Positions 39,206 through 49,870 of a stretch of DNA of 64,000 nt are shown here, one piece after another. A model generated the notes under the pieces. The model was given only the letters and a program-made list of their open reading frames with translations, had not been told where the DNA came from and made no database searches. The stretch lies in NCBI GenBank assembly GCA_965261085.1, contig OZ253442.1:3968001-4032000 (forward strand), given 5' to 3'. Position 1 is the first letter of the stretch. Each line of letters opens with the position of its first letter. The position numbers and the translations under genes were made by a program. The stretch is from a bacterium. Its GTDB lineage: Bacteria; UBA8248.

Positions 39206-39889
39206 CTAGGCGCCAGTGCCCCGCAGGCGCAAAAAAGCGAGCGCCGTCAGGAAAATCACCCGCAGGTCCAACCAGAGCGAGTAATTCAGAATGTAGTATA
39301 AATCGTGCTCCAGTTTGATTCTGTAATCTTCAATCTGATCGACGTGGCCCTGCCGAATCTGCGCCCACCCCGTGATTCCCGCCAGAACGAGTTCGCGATA
39401 TTCGAATTCAGGATAATGTTCTTTGGCTATTTCCAGCGTCTTGATGTATTCCGCCCTCGGACCGACGATGCTCATATCCCCCTTGATGACGTTCCAGAGT
39501 TGGGGAAATTCATCGAAATGATACCGGCGCAGGAAACGCCCGAATGGATAGATTCTCGGGTCGTTTTCTTTCGTCGACATGGTTCCCTGCGGCTGATCGG
39601 CATTCACGCGCATGGTCCGGAATTTATAGAGCGTGAAGAATCTCCCGCCCTGAGTGACTCGGAGTTGAGAAAAAAATATCGGTCCCTCGCTCACGAGCTT
39701 GATCAGGATGGCGATGAGGAGTCCGAAAGGAGCGAACAAGATCAAAACAGTGATGCTGAACCCCAAATCAAACACGCGCTTGCATAGATACTGGCGCCGG
39801 CTCAAGACCCGCTTGCTCTTCAGGGCGGATAATATCCCGGTACCGGAGATGGACTCCAAAGGAACGCGGTCCTCCATGAGAGAACTCAA
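39206..39889 (-). CDS. Initiating phosphoglycosyl transferase (Bac_transf family)
   Basis: KRVFD, YKFRTM, DPRI..FGRFLR..H.DE.PQL.NV.KGDMS.VGPR, GITGWAQ. Confidence 0.93.
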   Translation of the reverse strand: MSSLMEDRVPLESISGTGILSALKSKRVLSRRQYLCKRVFDLGFSITVLILFAPFGLLIAILIKLVSEGPIFFSQLRVTQGGRFFTLYKFRTMRVNADQPQGTMSTKENDPRIYPFGRFLRRYHFDEFPQLWNVIKGDMSIVGPRAEYIKTLEIAKEHYPEFEYRELVLAGITGWAQIRQGHVDQIEDYRIKLEHDLYYILNYSLWLDLRVIFLTALAFLRLRGTGA

Positions 39890-40689
39890 GCCATTTCATG
39901 AGCGCAGGGAGCTTGATGCGCCGAATGTGCGCCCAAACCAGAAGCGATTGCGCATTCGCGCTTTACACTCAGACAGATTTCCCTTATATTCGTGCATAAA
40001 GCGAAAGTAATACGAAATTCCTGTTGATCCACTAAAGCAGACACCATTTTCCACCATAAGGTCAGAAAATACGACATGACTTTACGCAAAGCAAAACTGA
40101 TGAGAATGAGGAAAGAATCTTGGTGCAAAACGAATAGCCTGTTGTTTTTAGCGGGCTGCAGGGAAGGTGATGAGACGTGTATTTTCCTTCTATCAGAGAA
40201 GGCATTAGTCCGCAGACTTGGTTTTCAGATGAGAGCAGTGATGACAAAAACCCATGAAACGTCGAACTCCTCCCGAATAGTGGCGCAAAAAAGTGAGTTT
40301 GAGTCCTCGAGCCTTACACGGGCTGGTCGGCACACAATCCACTTCCGGTGAAAGTGGTTTCACGCCTATTCCGACTTTTTGGAGCCGTCTTTGTATTCAG
40401 CGAGCAGCCCGTGAATCTACGCGCATGAATTGTATGCCAGTCAATATATTCTAATGAAAAATTGGAGTTGTCAACCCATAAACGAAGCAAAAATAATTTG
40501 GGGAGCATACGCGCTTTTCTCAATAATGGAGTTGTCAAGTTTTCGGTCCTTTTCGGGGAGGTTTCTGCTCACGCGCAGCTTCTTTTTGTGAAACCACCTC
40601 ACTATGGGGACGCATGACACGCCAATTCACGCCGCCGGTTGACACCTCATTTTCCGGACCCTCGTTTGCTTGGAGGCCATTTTTCCGTG

Positions 40690-42162
40690 ATGGATCCTTC
40701 CTTCCTGGCTTATGGCGCCATGGCTATCGGCGCTGCCGCGATCATCTTCACGAGCCTATACAACCTCGGAGCCGCAGGCGCGCTGTTCTTGTTCCTGAAC
40801 CCACTCGTGAACATCGAGGTCGCTTTCGGCAATACGGGAAGAAGCATCTCATACGACAAAATAGCAATCTTTGCCCTTGCCTCGGGGTTCGCGTGGCATA
40901 TTCTGAGAAACAGAAAACACGTCCGTATCACGAGGAAACCGATTTTCTGCTACATCTGGATCGTCTATATCGCCTGGAGTCTCGTTGCGGCATGGCTGAG
41001 CGGCGCTCCTGGAAAACAACAATTCTGGGGTCTCGCCGAAACGATCGCCTATTTCATCATCTTCCTGGTTTTTCTTTATATTTGCGCGGACGAAACCTCG
41101 CGCAACCGGATACTGAAAGCCATCCTCTACGGCGGCATCATCATGCTTGCGACGGTCTTGTGCCAAAATCTGGCCTATCAAATCACCTGGAAAATCTGGG
41201 GGCCGCACAACAGCTTCCGCACCGATTTGTTGTACTCGCCATTTCCCCGGATGTTCTTTCACTCGCGGCCCGGCCCGATCGGACATCCGAATTTTCTCGC
41301 CGCCTATCTGGTTCTATGGGGCACGCTTTACCCTTTGCTTTTCCGCACATTCTCCCGTCTAGCGGGGTTCACCATCTTCGCCGCACACCTCATCGTATTG
41401 GCGTCGATGCGCAGCTATGGAGGAGCTTTGGGCTTCGCCATCTGCTGTTCGGTGGTTTTGTATTTCACAAAGCCATGCCCCACGAACATGGTTTCCAGCC
41501 GCGTTTCCCATTCCAGAGCCCGGCTCCTTCGGCATGTCCTGGCCGCTATTCTCATTCTGTCAGTAGGGACCATTGCCGCCAATGACGGAGATTTCATGGA
41601 CCTGTCGCTGCTCCCTAGAATTTATATTCATCGCGTCGGTGGAAAAATGCTCGCAGAGCGACCTCTGGCGGGCTATGGAAATGGCCTTTTCCCCCAGGCA
41701 TTTCAAAAAAAGGAGAGCGTGTATATAAAAAGCGAAGGACTGAAAGCGCCACCATGGCGAATTAAGGGTTCCGATTCCGCGAGAGCCGACAAGGGCCGGG
41801 GAAAGGCGCATTCCAGCGAAAGACATGAAAATCTCCCGACGCTTTCGGCCCATTCCTCTTATCTCAAAGCCTTCGTCGAATCAGGCTTTCCGGGAGGTTT
41901 TCTTTTTCTTTGCCTGGTTGCGGGAGCACTCATAGAGGTATTTCTTCATTTGAGGAAAACAGGGCGACTTTCGATACGCTCGCCGGAAGCCTGGGGGTGG
42001 GCCGCCTGCATCGGTGTATGTTTTCAGGCCGGAGCCGAGAATATCTTTTCGTCCCCTAAAATTTTCGTTCTCTACTGGGCCATCACGGCGTATTGCCTGA
42101 CGGCAAAATCCACACGAACGAAAAGCCCCTTAGACGACCTTCGCCAGAACTTCACGATATAG
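40690..42162 (+). CDS. O-antigen ligase/Wzy-like membrane protein
   Basis: Many TM segments, HPN.LA, P..GYG.G.F, AHSSYL...VESG; start uncertain (40639 or 40690). Confidence 0.75.
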   Translation: MDPSFLAYGAMAIGAAAIIFTSLYNLGAAGALFLFLNPLVNIEVAFGNTGRSISYDKIAIFALASGFAWHILRNRKHVRITRKPIFCYIWIVYIAWSLVAAWLSGAPGKQQFWGLAETIAYFIIFLVFLYICADETSRNRILKAILYGGIIMLATVLCQNLAYQITWKIWGPHNSFRTDLLYSPFPRMFFHSRPGPIGHPNFLAAYLVLWGTLYPLLFRTFSRLAGFTIFAAHLIVLASMRSYGGALGFAICCSVVLYFTKPCPTNMVSSRVSHSRARLLRHVLAAILILSVGTIAANDGDFMDLSLLPRIYIHRVGGKMLAERPLAGYGNGLFPQAFQKKESVYIKSEGLKAPPWRIKGSDSARADKGRGKAHSSERHENLPTLSAHSSYLKAFVESGFPGGFLFLCLVAGALIEVFLHLRKTGRLSIRSPEAWGWAACIGVCFQAGAENIFSSPKIFVLYWAITAYCLTAKSTRTKSPLDDLRQNFTI

Positions 42163-43560
42163 GCTGCGCACGAAACAGAGCAAGATGGCGAACAGCCAGT
42201 AGGGATAAAAGTGGGCCGTGGTGGAAACACCGACGAACAAGGCAGCTACGGTAGAGAAAATGACGGCGAAAGGCATCACGATTTCGAGTGAACCTTCATG
42301 GGGTGGCAAGCGCATGATTCTGAAAAAATACATCAAACCCGTGGCGAGCAAGGCCATCAGCAAAACGAGACCCAGCAATCCCAAGTCCACGATGAAATTC
42401 ACCGGCAGGCTGTGCAGGGAAACCGGTGCGCTCTTTCTCGGATTTTCCTGAAACAAATCTGCAGTCGACCATCCCCGAATACCCGATTCATACCGGGTGA
42501 TGTCGCCGTAAAAATACGCAGAGAACGTGGCCGGCGTATCTTTGGAATATCCATAGAAAAACCCCTGGCGCGGCCCGCCTCCCAAGAAAGGCCGCTCGAA
42601 AAACACATCCGATGCCCGCGCGTACTGAAAGAGCCGCTCCTTGACGCTCGTAGAAATGTTCGACACTTCGATGAACTCCTCTCGCACCGTCGTCCCCACC
42701 ATCACCGAAACGCAAATACACACCAGGAAAACCGAGGTCGTGAAACAACAAACGCGAAAAGACTTTATCTTCTTGCTTGCGCCTGAGGACCCTCTGAACT
42801 TCACGAAAAAGACGAGAAGGAAGAACGCGCCCAGGAACAACGCGAAAATCGGAACCCGGCGCCATGTGGATAAAAGCATGAGTGTTCCGGTGAGCGACGC
42901 GAGCAAGTAAAACCAGCCGCCTCTTCTACAGAAAAAATAAAAGGCGACGCCCGCCAGTATCAGCCCGAGCCTGCTGGCAACGATGTGGTGCCGCGCGAAC
43001 ATGCCGAGAAAAAACCGTCCCTCATGATTGAGCGAATACGGGTTGGGGATGCTCAGATAATAGAACAGGATGCTCTCGATACCCATTGCGAAGGCGACCC
43101 AGAATACACTCCCGAGCGCGCCTTCAAACTCCTCACTCCCCCACCGGTTGTTTTGAATCAAATACCATACGAGCATACCGTCGGCGTAGGGTACGGCATC
43201 GGCCAGAATCCGGTAGAGGGGCACGGACGTCTTGATGGGGTCATCCTGCATGTAGCCATGGATAATCCCTCCCCAGAATATCACCCAAAACCAAAGGGCG
43301 GCGACGGTAAACCCCGGCGTCGGTTTTCTTGCCCCGAACCGAATAACCTCTACCACCCATGCGGAGCACAACAAAACGAAAAGGATCATGTAGACCTTAT
43401 AGGGACCCAGGGCTTGACCCGGGAAGTAAGGAACACGCTCCCATGGGATAAGAAAATAAACCGCGTGCAGACGAATGACTGAATTGGTGAGTTGAAAAGA
43501 AAAGGGGTTCTTTTCACTTGAAACAGGGTGGACATTTGAAGCCGCGCGGTCCACGTTCAA
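42130..43560 (-). CDS. O-antigen ligase/Wzy-like membrane protein
   Basis: Multi-TM, ERL.QY, PFLGGG, LHS..VN..VDLGLLG. Confidence 0.72.
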   Translation of the reverse strand: MNVDRAASNVHPVSSEKNPFSFQLTNSVIRLHAVYFLIPWERVPYFPGQALGPYKVYMILFVLLCSAWVVEVIRFGARKPTPGFTVAALWFWVIFWGGIIHGYMQDDPIKTSVPLYRILADAVPYADGMLVWYLIQNNRWGSEEFEGALGSVFWVAFAMGIESILFYYLSIPNPYSLNHEGRFFLGMFARHHIVASRLGLILAGVAFYFFCRRGGWFYLLASLTGTLMLLSTWRRVPIFALFLGAFFLLVFFVKFRGSSGASKKIKSFRVCCFTTSVFLVCICVSVMVGTTVREEFIEVSNISTSVKERLFQYARASDVFFERPFLGGGPRQGFFYGYSKDTPATFSAYFYGDITRYESGIRGWSTADLFQENPRKSAPVSLHSLPVNFIVDLGLLGLVLLMALLATGLMYFFRIMRLPPHEGSLEIVMPFAVIFSTVAALFVGVSTTAHFYPYWLFAILLCFVRSLYREVLAKVV

Positions 43561-43566
43561 GGAAAA

Positions 43567-44388
43567 CTACTCCGGCGCGCCTGGGCGTCTGGAAAAATAG
43601 CCTCTCTTCACCCACATGCGCACCTTGTGCGGCAACATGCGATATGAAAACCAAAGCGGCAACAATGCGCGATGCGGGAACCCTCCCCCCAAGGCGCGAA
43701 TCGCCCTGTTTTGCAGCACAACCCCATCGAGCACATAGCGAAGCCTGGCGCCCCGCTCGAAGAACTGTCTCGCGTGGATTCTTTTCGCCGCCACGGGAAC
43801 CTCCAACGCCCCGAGCTTCATTCCGTTTTCATACAATCGCACATAGAGGTCCCAGTCGAGTTGGCCGGCGCGACTCTCGTCGTAGCCTCGGATTTTCTGC
43901 ATAGCCTCGCCTCTCACGAACAATGACGTGTGAACCACAGGATTAAAAAGCATGAGTTTCCTTCGAACATCCCTCAACGAGGGCTTTTTTTCCTCCGAAC
44001 CGAATGCGGGCCAATGTGGAACGTCTTCCGCATGAAAGGCGAACAGGGGGGAAACGACAGCAGAATAATCAGGAAAACGCTGCATCACTGCTTTTTGAAT
44101 TTCAAATCTTCTGGGGTGGGACAAATCGTCGGCGTCATGCCGGGCAATGAATTCACCCCTGCTCTCGCGCATCCCGAGGTTGAGTGCTCTCGCGAGTCCG
44201 ATTCTTCCCGCTTCTATCAGGCGAATTCTAGAATCGCTAAATTTTTCGACGATTCGAATCGTATCGTCCGTGGAGCCGTCGTCGATGACGACGCATTCAA
44301 AATCGGATTCCGTCTGCGCGAGTATACTCTTCACGGCGTCGGCGATGTATTCCTCGGCGTTGTAAGACGTCATCAATACGCTTATCAC
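43567..44388 (-). CDS. Glycosyltransferase family 2
   Basis: ISVLMTSYN, DDGSTD, RHDADD; GTG start after GAGGA. Confidence 0.9.
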   Translation of the reverse strand: MISVLMTSYNAEEYIADAVKSILAQTESDFECVVIDDGSTDDTIRIVEKFSDSRIRLIEAGRIGLARALNLGMRESRGEFIARHDADDLSHPRRFEIQKAVMQRFPDYSAVVSPLFAFHAEDVPHWPAFGSEEKKPSLRDVRRKLMLFNPVVHTSLFVRGEAMQKIRGYDESRAGQLDWDLYVRLYENGMKLGALEVPVAAKRIHARQFFERGARLRYVLDGVVLQNRAIRALGGGFPHRALLPLWFSYRMLPHKVRMWVKRGYFSRRPGAPE

Positions 44389-44425
44389 GTCTGATTCCTC
44401 TTCTTGGGGCCTATTTTGCGAAAAA

Positions 44426-46351
44426 TCAATCGCCCGCCGAACGATGAGCGTCCAGCATCTCCCGAAACCATAGCTCCAAAACCACCAAAAACCATATAAG
44501 GGGATAGGAGGCTCTCCCCGCTCTGAAACGGGCATACAACCTGCGGACCTCCTTGGGTGAGAAAATACCTCTTCTGCGAAGCGACTCCTCACTGAGCGCA
44601 TCCTCGAGGATTTCTCGCAAATCTTCTTTCATCCACTTCGCCATCGGAAGGGCGAAGCCCTGTTTTCTCCTGGCGGAAATCTCAGGGGGAATGACGTCGT
44701 GAAGCGACGCCTCAAGCAATCTCTTCGGATGTCCCCATTTTTGCTCCCACCCGGGAGGCAGGCCACAGACGAATTCCACTACATGATGATCGACGAACGG
44801 CACCCGCACTTCCAGGGAATGGGCCATGCTCATCACGTCGACATCGCGCAAACATCGCCACCCCATATACACTTGCATTTCGAGTTCGCTCAGAATGCTC
44901 CAGGGCCTCTCACCAACGTGGACTAACGAGTCGAGTATCGCGAAAATATCCTCATCCGCCTTACACTCGCGAAAGTAGGTCTGCATTTGCGGGGAATACA
45001 AAGCTCTCTTCTCCTCGGGCCACAACAAAAGACGCGCCAGGGCGTACAATCCCAGCGGCGATTCCACCCATTGCAGCCGACGAAGCTTTTCAGTGCGCTC
45101 CGTAGACATGTTCGAGCCGAAGCGGAGTATCAGCGAGATGAGCGACACGAGGATTTTTCTCGTCGCCAAAGGCAATTTTCCCCATTTGGCCGATAATCGC
45201 CACAAAGGCGGTATCAGGCGAAACGAGCCGTATCCGCCGAAAAGCTCATCCGCCCCAAGGCCGGACAAGGCGACGGTTACGCCATCTTGCTTCACCGCAT
45301 GGGATAGGAGATAGGTATTGATTCCATCGAAACTTGGCTGGTCCAGATGCCGCACGATGCGGGGAAGCTCCCCTGCCACCTTCGAGCCTTTGATCACGAA
45401 CTCCAAGTGGCGCGTTGAAAAGGATTGCGCCGCAGTTCTCGCATATTTTCTCTCATCGTATCCTTCAGGAGCATCATCGAAACCGATGGAATAGGTCCTT
45501 ACGGGTTTATCCGCCCGGCGGGACATCAACCCCACAATCGCCGAAGAATCCAGACCACCACTCAAAAATGCCCCTATGGGAACATCGCTTATTTGATGGA
45601 GTTCGACGCTTTCCTCCAATAAACCACGTAGACGGGGAACGATTTCCTCATCGGCGCATCGCGTCGTTCCGGGTGCCGGTATCTCCCACCACTGCTCGAT
45701 GGATGCACCCTTTTCGGTGATGCGCATTCGGTGCCCCGGAGGCAAAGCCTTCACGCCTCTCAATAGCGTGCGTGCACCGGGAACGAAGCCCAGAGAAAGG
45801 CTGAGGTCAAGAGAATTCAGGTCGAGTTCGGGGCGAATCGCGCCGCTTCTCACCAGCGCTCCCAATTCCGAGGCGAACGCCCATCCACCCGCGATCGGCG
45901 CGTAGTACAAAGGTTTCACGCCGAGCCGGTCACGCGTCAAGAGCAAGATTCTTCGGCCGGCGTCCACGATCGCGAATGAAAACATCCCCCTTAAAAAACG
46001 GGCGCACCCCTCCCCTTCCTCCTCGTAAAGGCGCAGAAGAACCTCCGTATCGGAGTTCGATCTGAAGGCGTGGCCTCGACTCGCCAGATGCTCCCTCAAT
46101 CGTCTGAAATTATAGATTTCCCCGTTCAACGCAACGCAGGTTCTCCCATCTTCGCTGGTCATGGGTTGTTTCGCCGCCGAACTCGGGTCGATGACGCTCA
46201 GACGCCTCACCCCAATGCAGGTTCCTCCAAAACGCCAAAGCCCCACATCGTCTGGGCCGCGATGCGTCATCGCATCGCACATCCGCGCAACATTCTCCTC
46301 CATCAAGGACGGTGAGAGTTCGGTCGAGGTGATTCCGCAAATTCCGCACAT
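44426..46351 (-). CDS. asnB: Asparagine-synthase-like amidotransferase (second copy)
   Basis: MCGICG, HRGPD, NGEIYN, SGGLDSS, SGLGADELFGGY. Confidence 0.93.
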   Translation of the reverse strand: MCGICGITSTELSPSLMEENVARMCDAMTHRGPDDVGLWRFGGTCIGVRRLSVIDPSSAAKQPMTSEDGRTCVALNGEIYNFRRLREHLASRGHAFRSNSDTEVLLRLYEEEGEGCARFLRGMFSFAIVDAGRRILLLTRDRLGVKPLYYAPIAGGWAFASELGALVRSGAIRPELDLNSLDLSLSLGFVPGARTLLRGVKALPPGHRMRITEKGASIEQWWEIPAPGTTRCADEEIVPRLRGLLEESVELHQISDVPIGAFLSGGLDSSAIVGLMSRRADKPVRTYSIGFDDAPEGYDERKYARTAAQSFSTRHLEFVIKGSKVAGELPRIVRHLDQPSFDGINTYLLSHAVKQDGVTVALSGLGADELFGGYGSFRLIPPLWRLSAKWGKLPLATRKILVSLISLILRFGSNMSTERTEKLRRLQWVESPLGLYALARLLLWPEEKRALYSPQMQTYFRECKADEDIFAILDSLVHVGERPWSILSELEMQVYMGWRCLRDVDVMSMAHSLEVRVPFVDHHVVEFVCGLPPGWEQKWGHPKRLLEASLHDVIPPEISARRKQGFALPMAKWMKEDLREILEDALSEESLRRRGIFSPKEVRRLYARFRAGRASYPLIWFLVVLELWFREMLDAHRSAGD

Positions 46352-46464
46352 ATGATCACCGAGCCATCTTTTTACCCGCAAAAGAAACCCATATCGCCTA
46401 TCTGATGGCGATGGGTCTCGAAGTCGGGGAGAACCGAAACGTCCGGGGAATTTCCCGGATCACC

Positions 46465-48228
46465 TTACGACTGCAATTCCACGAATTTTCGATATCGGCC
46501 TTCCATCCGCATGAGAGAGGGGTGGTCTCCTTCCTCGACGATTCTCCCGCTCTCGAGAACCAGAATTTTGTCCGCATTTCTTATTGTAGAGAGACGATGC
46601 GCGACGATCAGGATGGTCATCCGCCCGCTGAGATTCCGCACAGCCTCCTGGATGAGACGCTCGAACCCGCTGTCGAGCGAACTCGTCGCTTCGTCCAGGA
46701 CCAATATCCGGGGGGAGCGAACCAAAGCTCTCGCAAGGGCCAGACGCTGTTTTTGCCCGCCGGATAACTTGAACCCCCGATTCCCGATGATCGTTCGGTA
46801 CCCCTCGGGCAATTCCGTGATGTATTCATGGGCATAGGCGATTTCCGCGGCCTTTCGCACCTCCCCTTCATCCGCGCTCAAGTTTCCATAGCGGATGTTG
46901 TTGTAAACCATGTCGTTGAAGAGATAGGGATCCTGCTCCACCACCCCGATTCGGCTTCGCCATTCACTCGCGGACACGTCTTTCAAATCTACGTCATCGA
47001 CATAGATGACGCCCTGCGTCGGATCATGAAGACGCAAGAAAAGATCGACGAAAGTCGTCTTCCCGCTTCCTGAAGAACCCACGAGCGCCGTCGTCGTATC
47101 CTTTTCGATCGATACGTTTATTCCGCTCAGCGCATCACCCCGCGCTTCCGGATATGTGAACGACACGTTTTCAAACCTGACTCCTTTTTGCAGAGAACCG
47201 ATAGAAGCGATTCCTTCCGGCAAGCATTCCAGGCTTTTGCCTTCAGCGTATTCGCGAACCCTCGCCATGTGGGGAGCGAATTCGTTCACGATGAGCCAGT
47301 AATTGCCTATCAGCTTGAGCTTGGGGAGAACTTGCAAAAAGATCGCCAAAAACACCGTGAGGGTGAAAAAGGGAATCTCCAGAAATTTGACCGAAACAAT
47401 CAAGCAGAAAACCATCATCAAGAAAATCAACGGCTCGTAGAAGAACGACGCAATGATTCTGTTGTGCATGATCTGGACACAGACCCGGTGATACCCATTT
47501 GCGCGCATCGTATAATTTTCGATGTGATGCGCGAGGTTTCCAAACACTTTCACCGTCTTGATTCCCGAGAAAACATCGTGGAGATAGGAACTGATGTTCT
47601 CCACGCCCTCCGATTCTTTCGCGCCCTCCGCATAGGCCTTGCGAAACCACGGAAGTAGAAAAAACCAGGAAATCGACGAGAGGCCGAGGACCAGAACACT
47701 CAGCGAAAAAGAAACCATCAAATTCAGGATCAGATACAAAATACAGAAAAAAATGGCGTTCATGATGAGCATCACGTGTTCGAAAACAAAACCGCAATTG
47801 TTCGCAGAAGTGAATTGAACAGAGACGAGATCGCCGATTTTTCTTCGGTAAAAAAACGAGAGGGGAAGATCCATGAAGTTTCGAAATATTTTTTCTCTCA
47901 TGTCGCATGCGATTCTCGAACTCAGCACCCTCGCGAAGCGCATGGAGCTCGCAACCAGAGCATATTTGACCAGCATGGCGAACGAGAACAAGGCGATGAG
48001 ATTGAGGAGTGAAAACTCCAAGCCGACGACGCCGAATCCCCATTCGGCGTACGCCGTGAGGATGTGGTTCGTTGCGATGCCCTGAATTGTCTGAAATATG
48101 GGCATCAGCAGTCCCAAGCCGACGCTCTCGAACATCGTCGCCAGAATTAGGATGAACAAATACAAGAACAGGAAATCCTTGTAATCCCGTGCGACGGCGA
48201 GAATATATCTTTGTTTATCGTTCCACAT
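46465..48228 (-). CDS. MsbA/PglK-like ABC exporter (glycan flippase candidate)
   Basis: TM domain plus GSSGSGKT, LSGGQKQR, LDEATS, AHRL; start uncertain (48228 or 48261). Confidence 0.9.
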   Translation of the reverse strand: MWNDKQRYILAVARDYKDFLFLYLFILILATMFESVGLGLLMPIFQTIQGIATNHILTAYAEWGFGVVGLEFSLLNLIALFSFAMLVKYALVASSMRFARVLSSRIACDMREKIFRNFMDLPLSFFYRRKIGDLVSVQFTSANNCGFVFEHVMLIMNAIFFCILYLILNLMVSFSLSVLVLGLSSISWFFLLPWFRKAYAEGAKESEGVENISSYLHDVFSGIKTVKVFGNLAHHIENYTMRANGYHRVCVQIMHNRIIASFFYEPLIFLMMVFCLIVSVKFLEIPFFTLTVFLAIFLQVLPKLKLIGNYWLIVNEFAPHMARVREYAEGKSLECLPEGIASIGSLQKGVRFENVSFTYPEARGDALSGINVSIEKDTTTALVGSSGSGKTTFVDLFLRLHDPTQGVIYVDDVDLKDVSASEWRSRIGVVEQDPYLFNDMVYNNIRYGNLSADEGEVRKAAEIAYAHEYITELPEGYRTIIGNRGFKLSGGQKQRLALARALVRSPRILVLDEATSSLDSGFERLIQEAVRNLSGRMTILIVAHRLSTIRNADKILVLESGRIVEEGDHPSLMRMEGRYRKFVELQS

Positions 48229-48424
48229 GGGGCTTTTTTGCTTAAGCCGGAAATTGCCCAAAACATGAACGATTTCAGCAGGCCGAAAGCCCCGGGCGCA
48301 TCAGAATCACTCATGCTCCTCGGAGGTCACGCCATGCGTTTCATCGTCGCTCATCCTTGGGTCGGGGTCGATATTTCCGGACCTTTGCCTCGTGGTGGGT
48401 CGTCTTTATCTCGTGGAGTGGCGT

Positions 48425-49831
48425 TTATGGATTTTGAATTTCAGGTAGTTTCTCAGACGAAGCCGTTTCCATCCACTCAGCCGCAATTTTCTCCGCTAGC
48501 CAAAACTCATACGCCGAATTGATTCTCACGCTTTCCTCTGGAAGCATCGTGATATGCCCTATTTTTTCTCCTAAAAATTTTCCGGATAGAATCGAATCCA
48601 CCCGGTTCAGGTAAATCGCGCCGTTTTCCTTGAACAACGCTTCTCTCTCAAGACGGAACGTTCTTTGGAAAGATCCGTTGACGGGGGTGAGGCCATGTTT
48701 ACCGTGATGATAGAAGAATGAAATATCCTCGGTGATGGATATCACGGAATCGACACCGAAAATCGTCATGGTGTCCACGGCTTTATCGATGTGCCTGCCC
48801 CGGCGAAAAGGGGTGTTGATATAGCATATGCAAACAGCATCGGGGACATATCCATGCTCCTCCAGCGTCCTCAAAACATGAAGCGTCGTATCCGCTATCT
48901 TGGCAGTCCGTTCCGCCAGCGCTTCGGGCCTAAGGAGGCCATCCACTCCCTCGAAACGCTCTAAATAAGCCAACACGCCTTCATCGTTGGAGGACACGAC
49001 TATCTTGTCGATGGAGCGCGCTTCCTTGATTTGCTCCAGGGTTCCTTTCAACAGCGGCTTTCCCATGAATTGCGTAAGAGGATTCGCGAGCTCGCATCCC
49101 CCATCCACGACTACGGGAACGAGCGCCAATACTTTTGGTTGGCGGGAAAGATTCATTTCCTCCACCACCCGCCTTTTGATTTTGCGGCGCGTCTCCAGGA
49201 GCAGGCCCCGGGATTTCGACAAACTCTCGCCGTGACGACGATAATAAAACAGGGGCAGATTCACGTTATAGGGATAATGCCGCTGAATGAATTTCAGCCA
49301 CAGCCCGTAACCGTCCTGACGATCGAACTCCTCGAAATAACCGCCTATTTCCGCGAGAATTTCCTTGCGGATCATGGTGCATGCGCCATGCGCCGGAAGA
49401 TCGAGCAAATCGATCTCTTCTCCTATTTTCTGGCGACGAACGATTTCGATGATCTCTCCATCCTCGTCCACGTGATAATAATCCGGGTACACCAGACCTA
49501 CGCCGGGTTTCGTGTCCAGGATGTTGGAGAGAACCAGCAGAATGTTCTCATCCAGAAAATCATCCGCATCCAGCCGCATCAGGTATTCGCCCTCGGCGGC
49601 GCGCAAGGCGATGTTGTTCGTGAAATTCAAACCCTTGTTCTCTTGCTCAAGAATGCGAATCTTGGGATACGCTCTGTAGGGTTCGAGTATTTCCGCCGTG
49701 TTGTCCGTCGAGCCGTCATTGATGACGATCAACTCCCAATCATCCATGGTCTGCTTCAAAACGCTTTGTATCGCGGCGTCGAGAAAACGGGCGTAGTTGT
49801 AGGTAGGAATGTAAACCGTAATTTTAGGCAT
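48425..49831 (-). CDS. GT2 glycosyltransferase fused to a degenerate NeuA-like cytidylyltransferase domain
   Basis: N-terminal IPTYN, NDGSTD, LDADD; C-terminal GKPLL, IVVSS.D, TPFR, ENGAIY. Confidence 0.85.
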   Translation of the reverse strand: MPKITVYIPTYNYARFLDAAIQSVLKQTMDDWELIVINDGSTDNTAEILEPYRAYPKIRILEQENKGLNFTNNIALRAAEGEYLMRLDADDFLDENILLVLSNILDTKPGVGLVYPDYYHVDEDGEIIEIVRRQKIGEEIDLLDLPAHGACTMIRKEILAEIGGYFEEFDRQDGYGLWLKFIQRHYPYNVNLPLFYYRRHGESLSKSRGLLLETRRKIKRRVVEEMNLSRQPKVLALVPVVVDGGCELANPLTQFMGKPLLKGTLEQIKEARSIDKIVVSSNDEGVLAYLERFEGVDGLLRPEALAERTAKIADTTLHVLRTLEEHGYVPDAVCICYINTPFRRGRHIDKAVDTMTIFGVDSVISITEDISFFYHHGKHGLTPVNGSFQRTFRLEREALFKENGAIYLNRVDSILSGKFLGEKIGHITMLPEESVRINSAYEFWLAEKIAAEWMETASSEKLPEIQNP

Positions 49832-49870
49832 GATGAATCAACCCAAATGGAATGAATCCGGCCGCCATGA

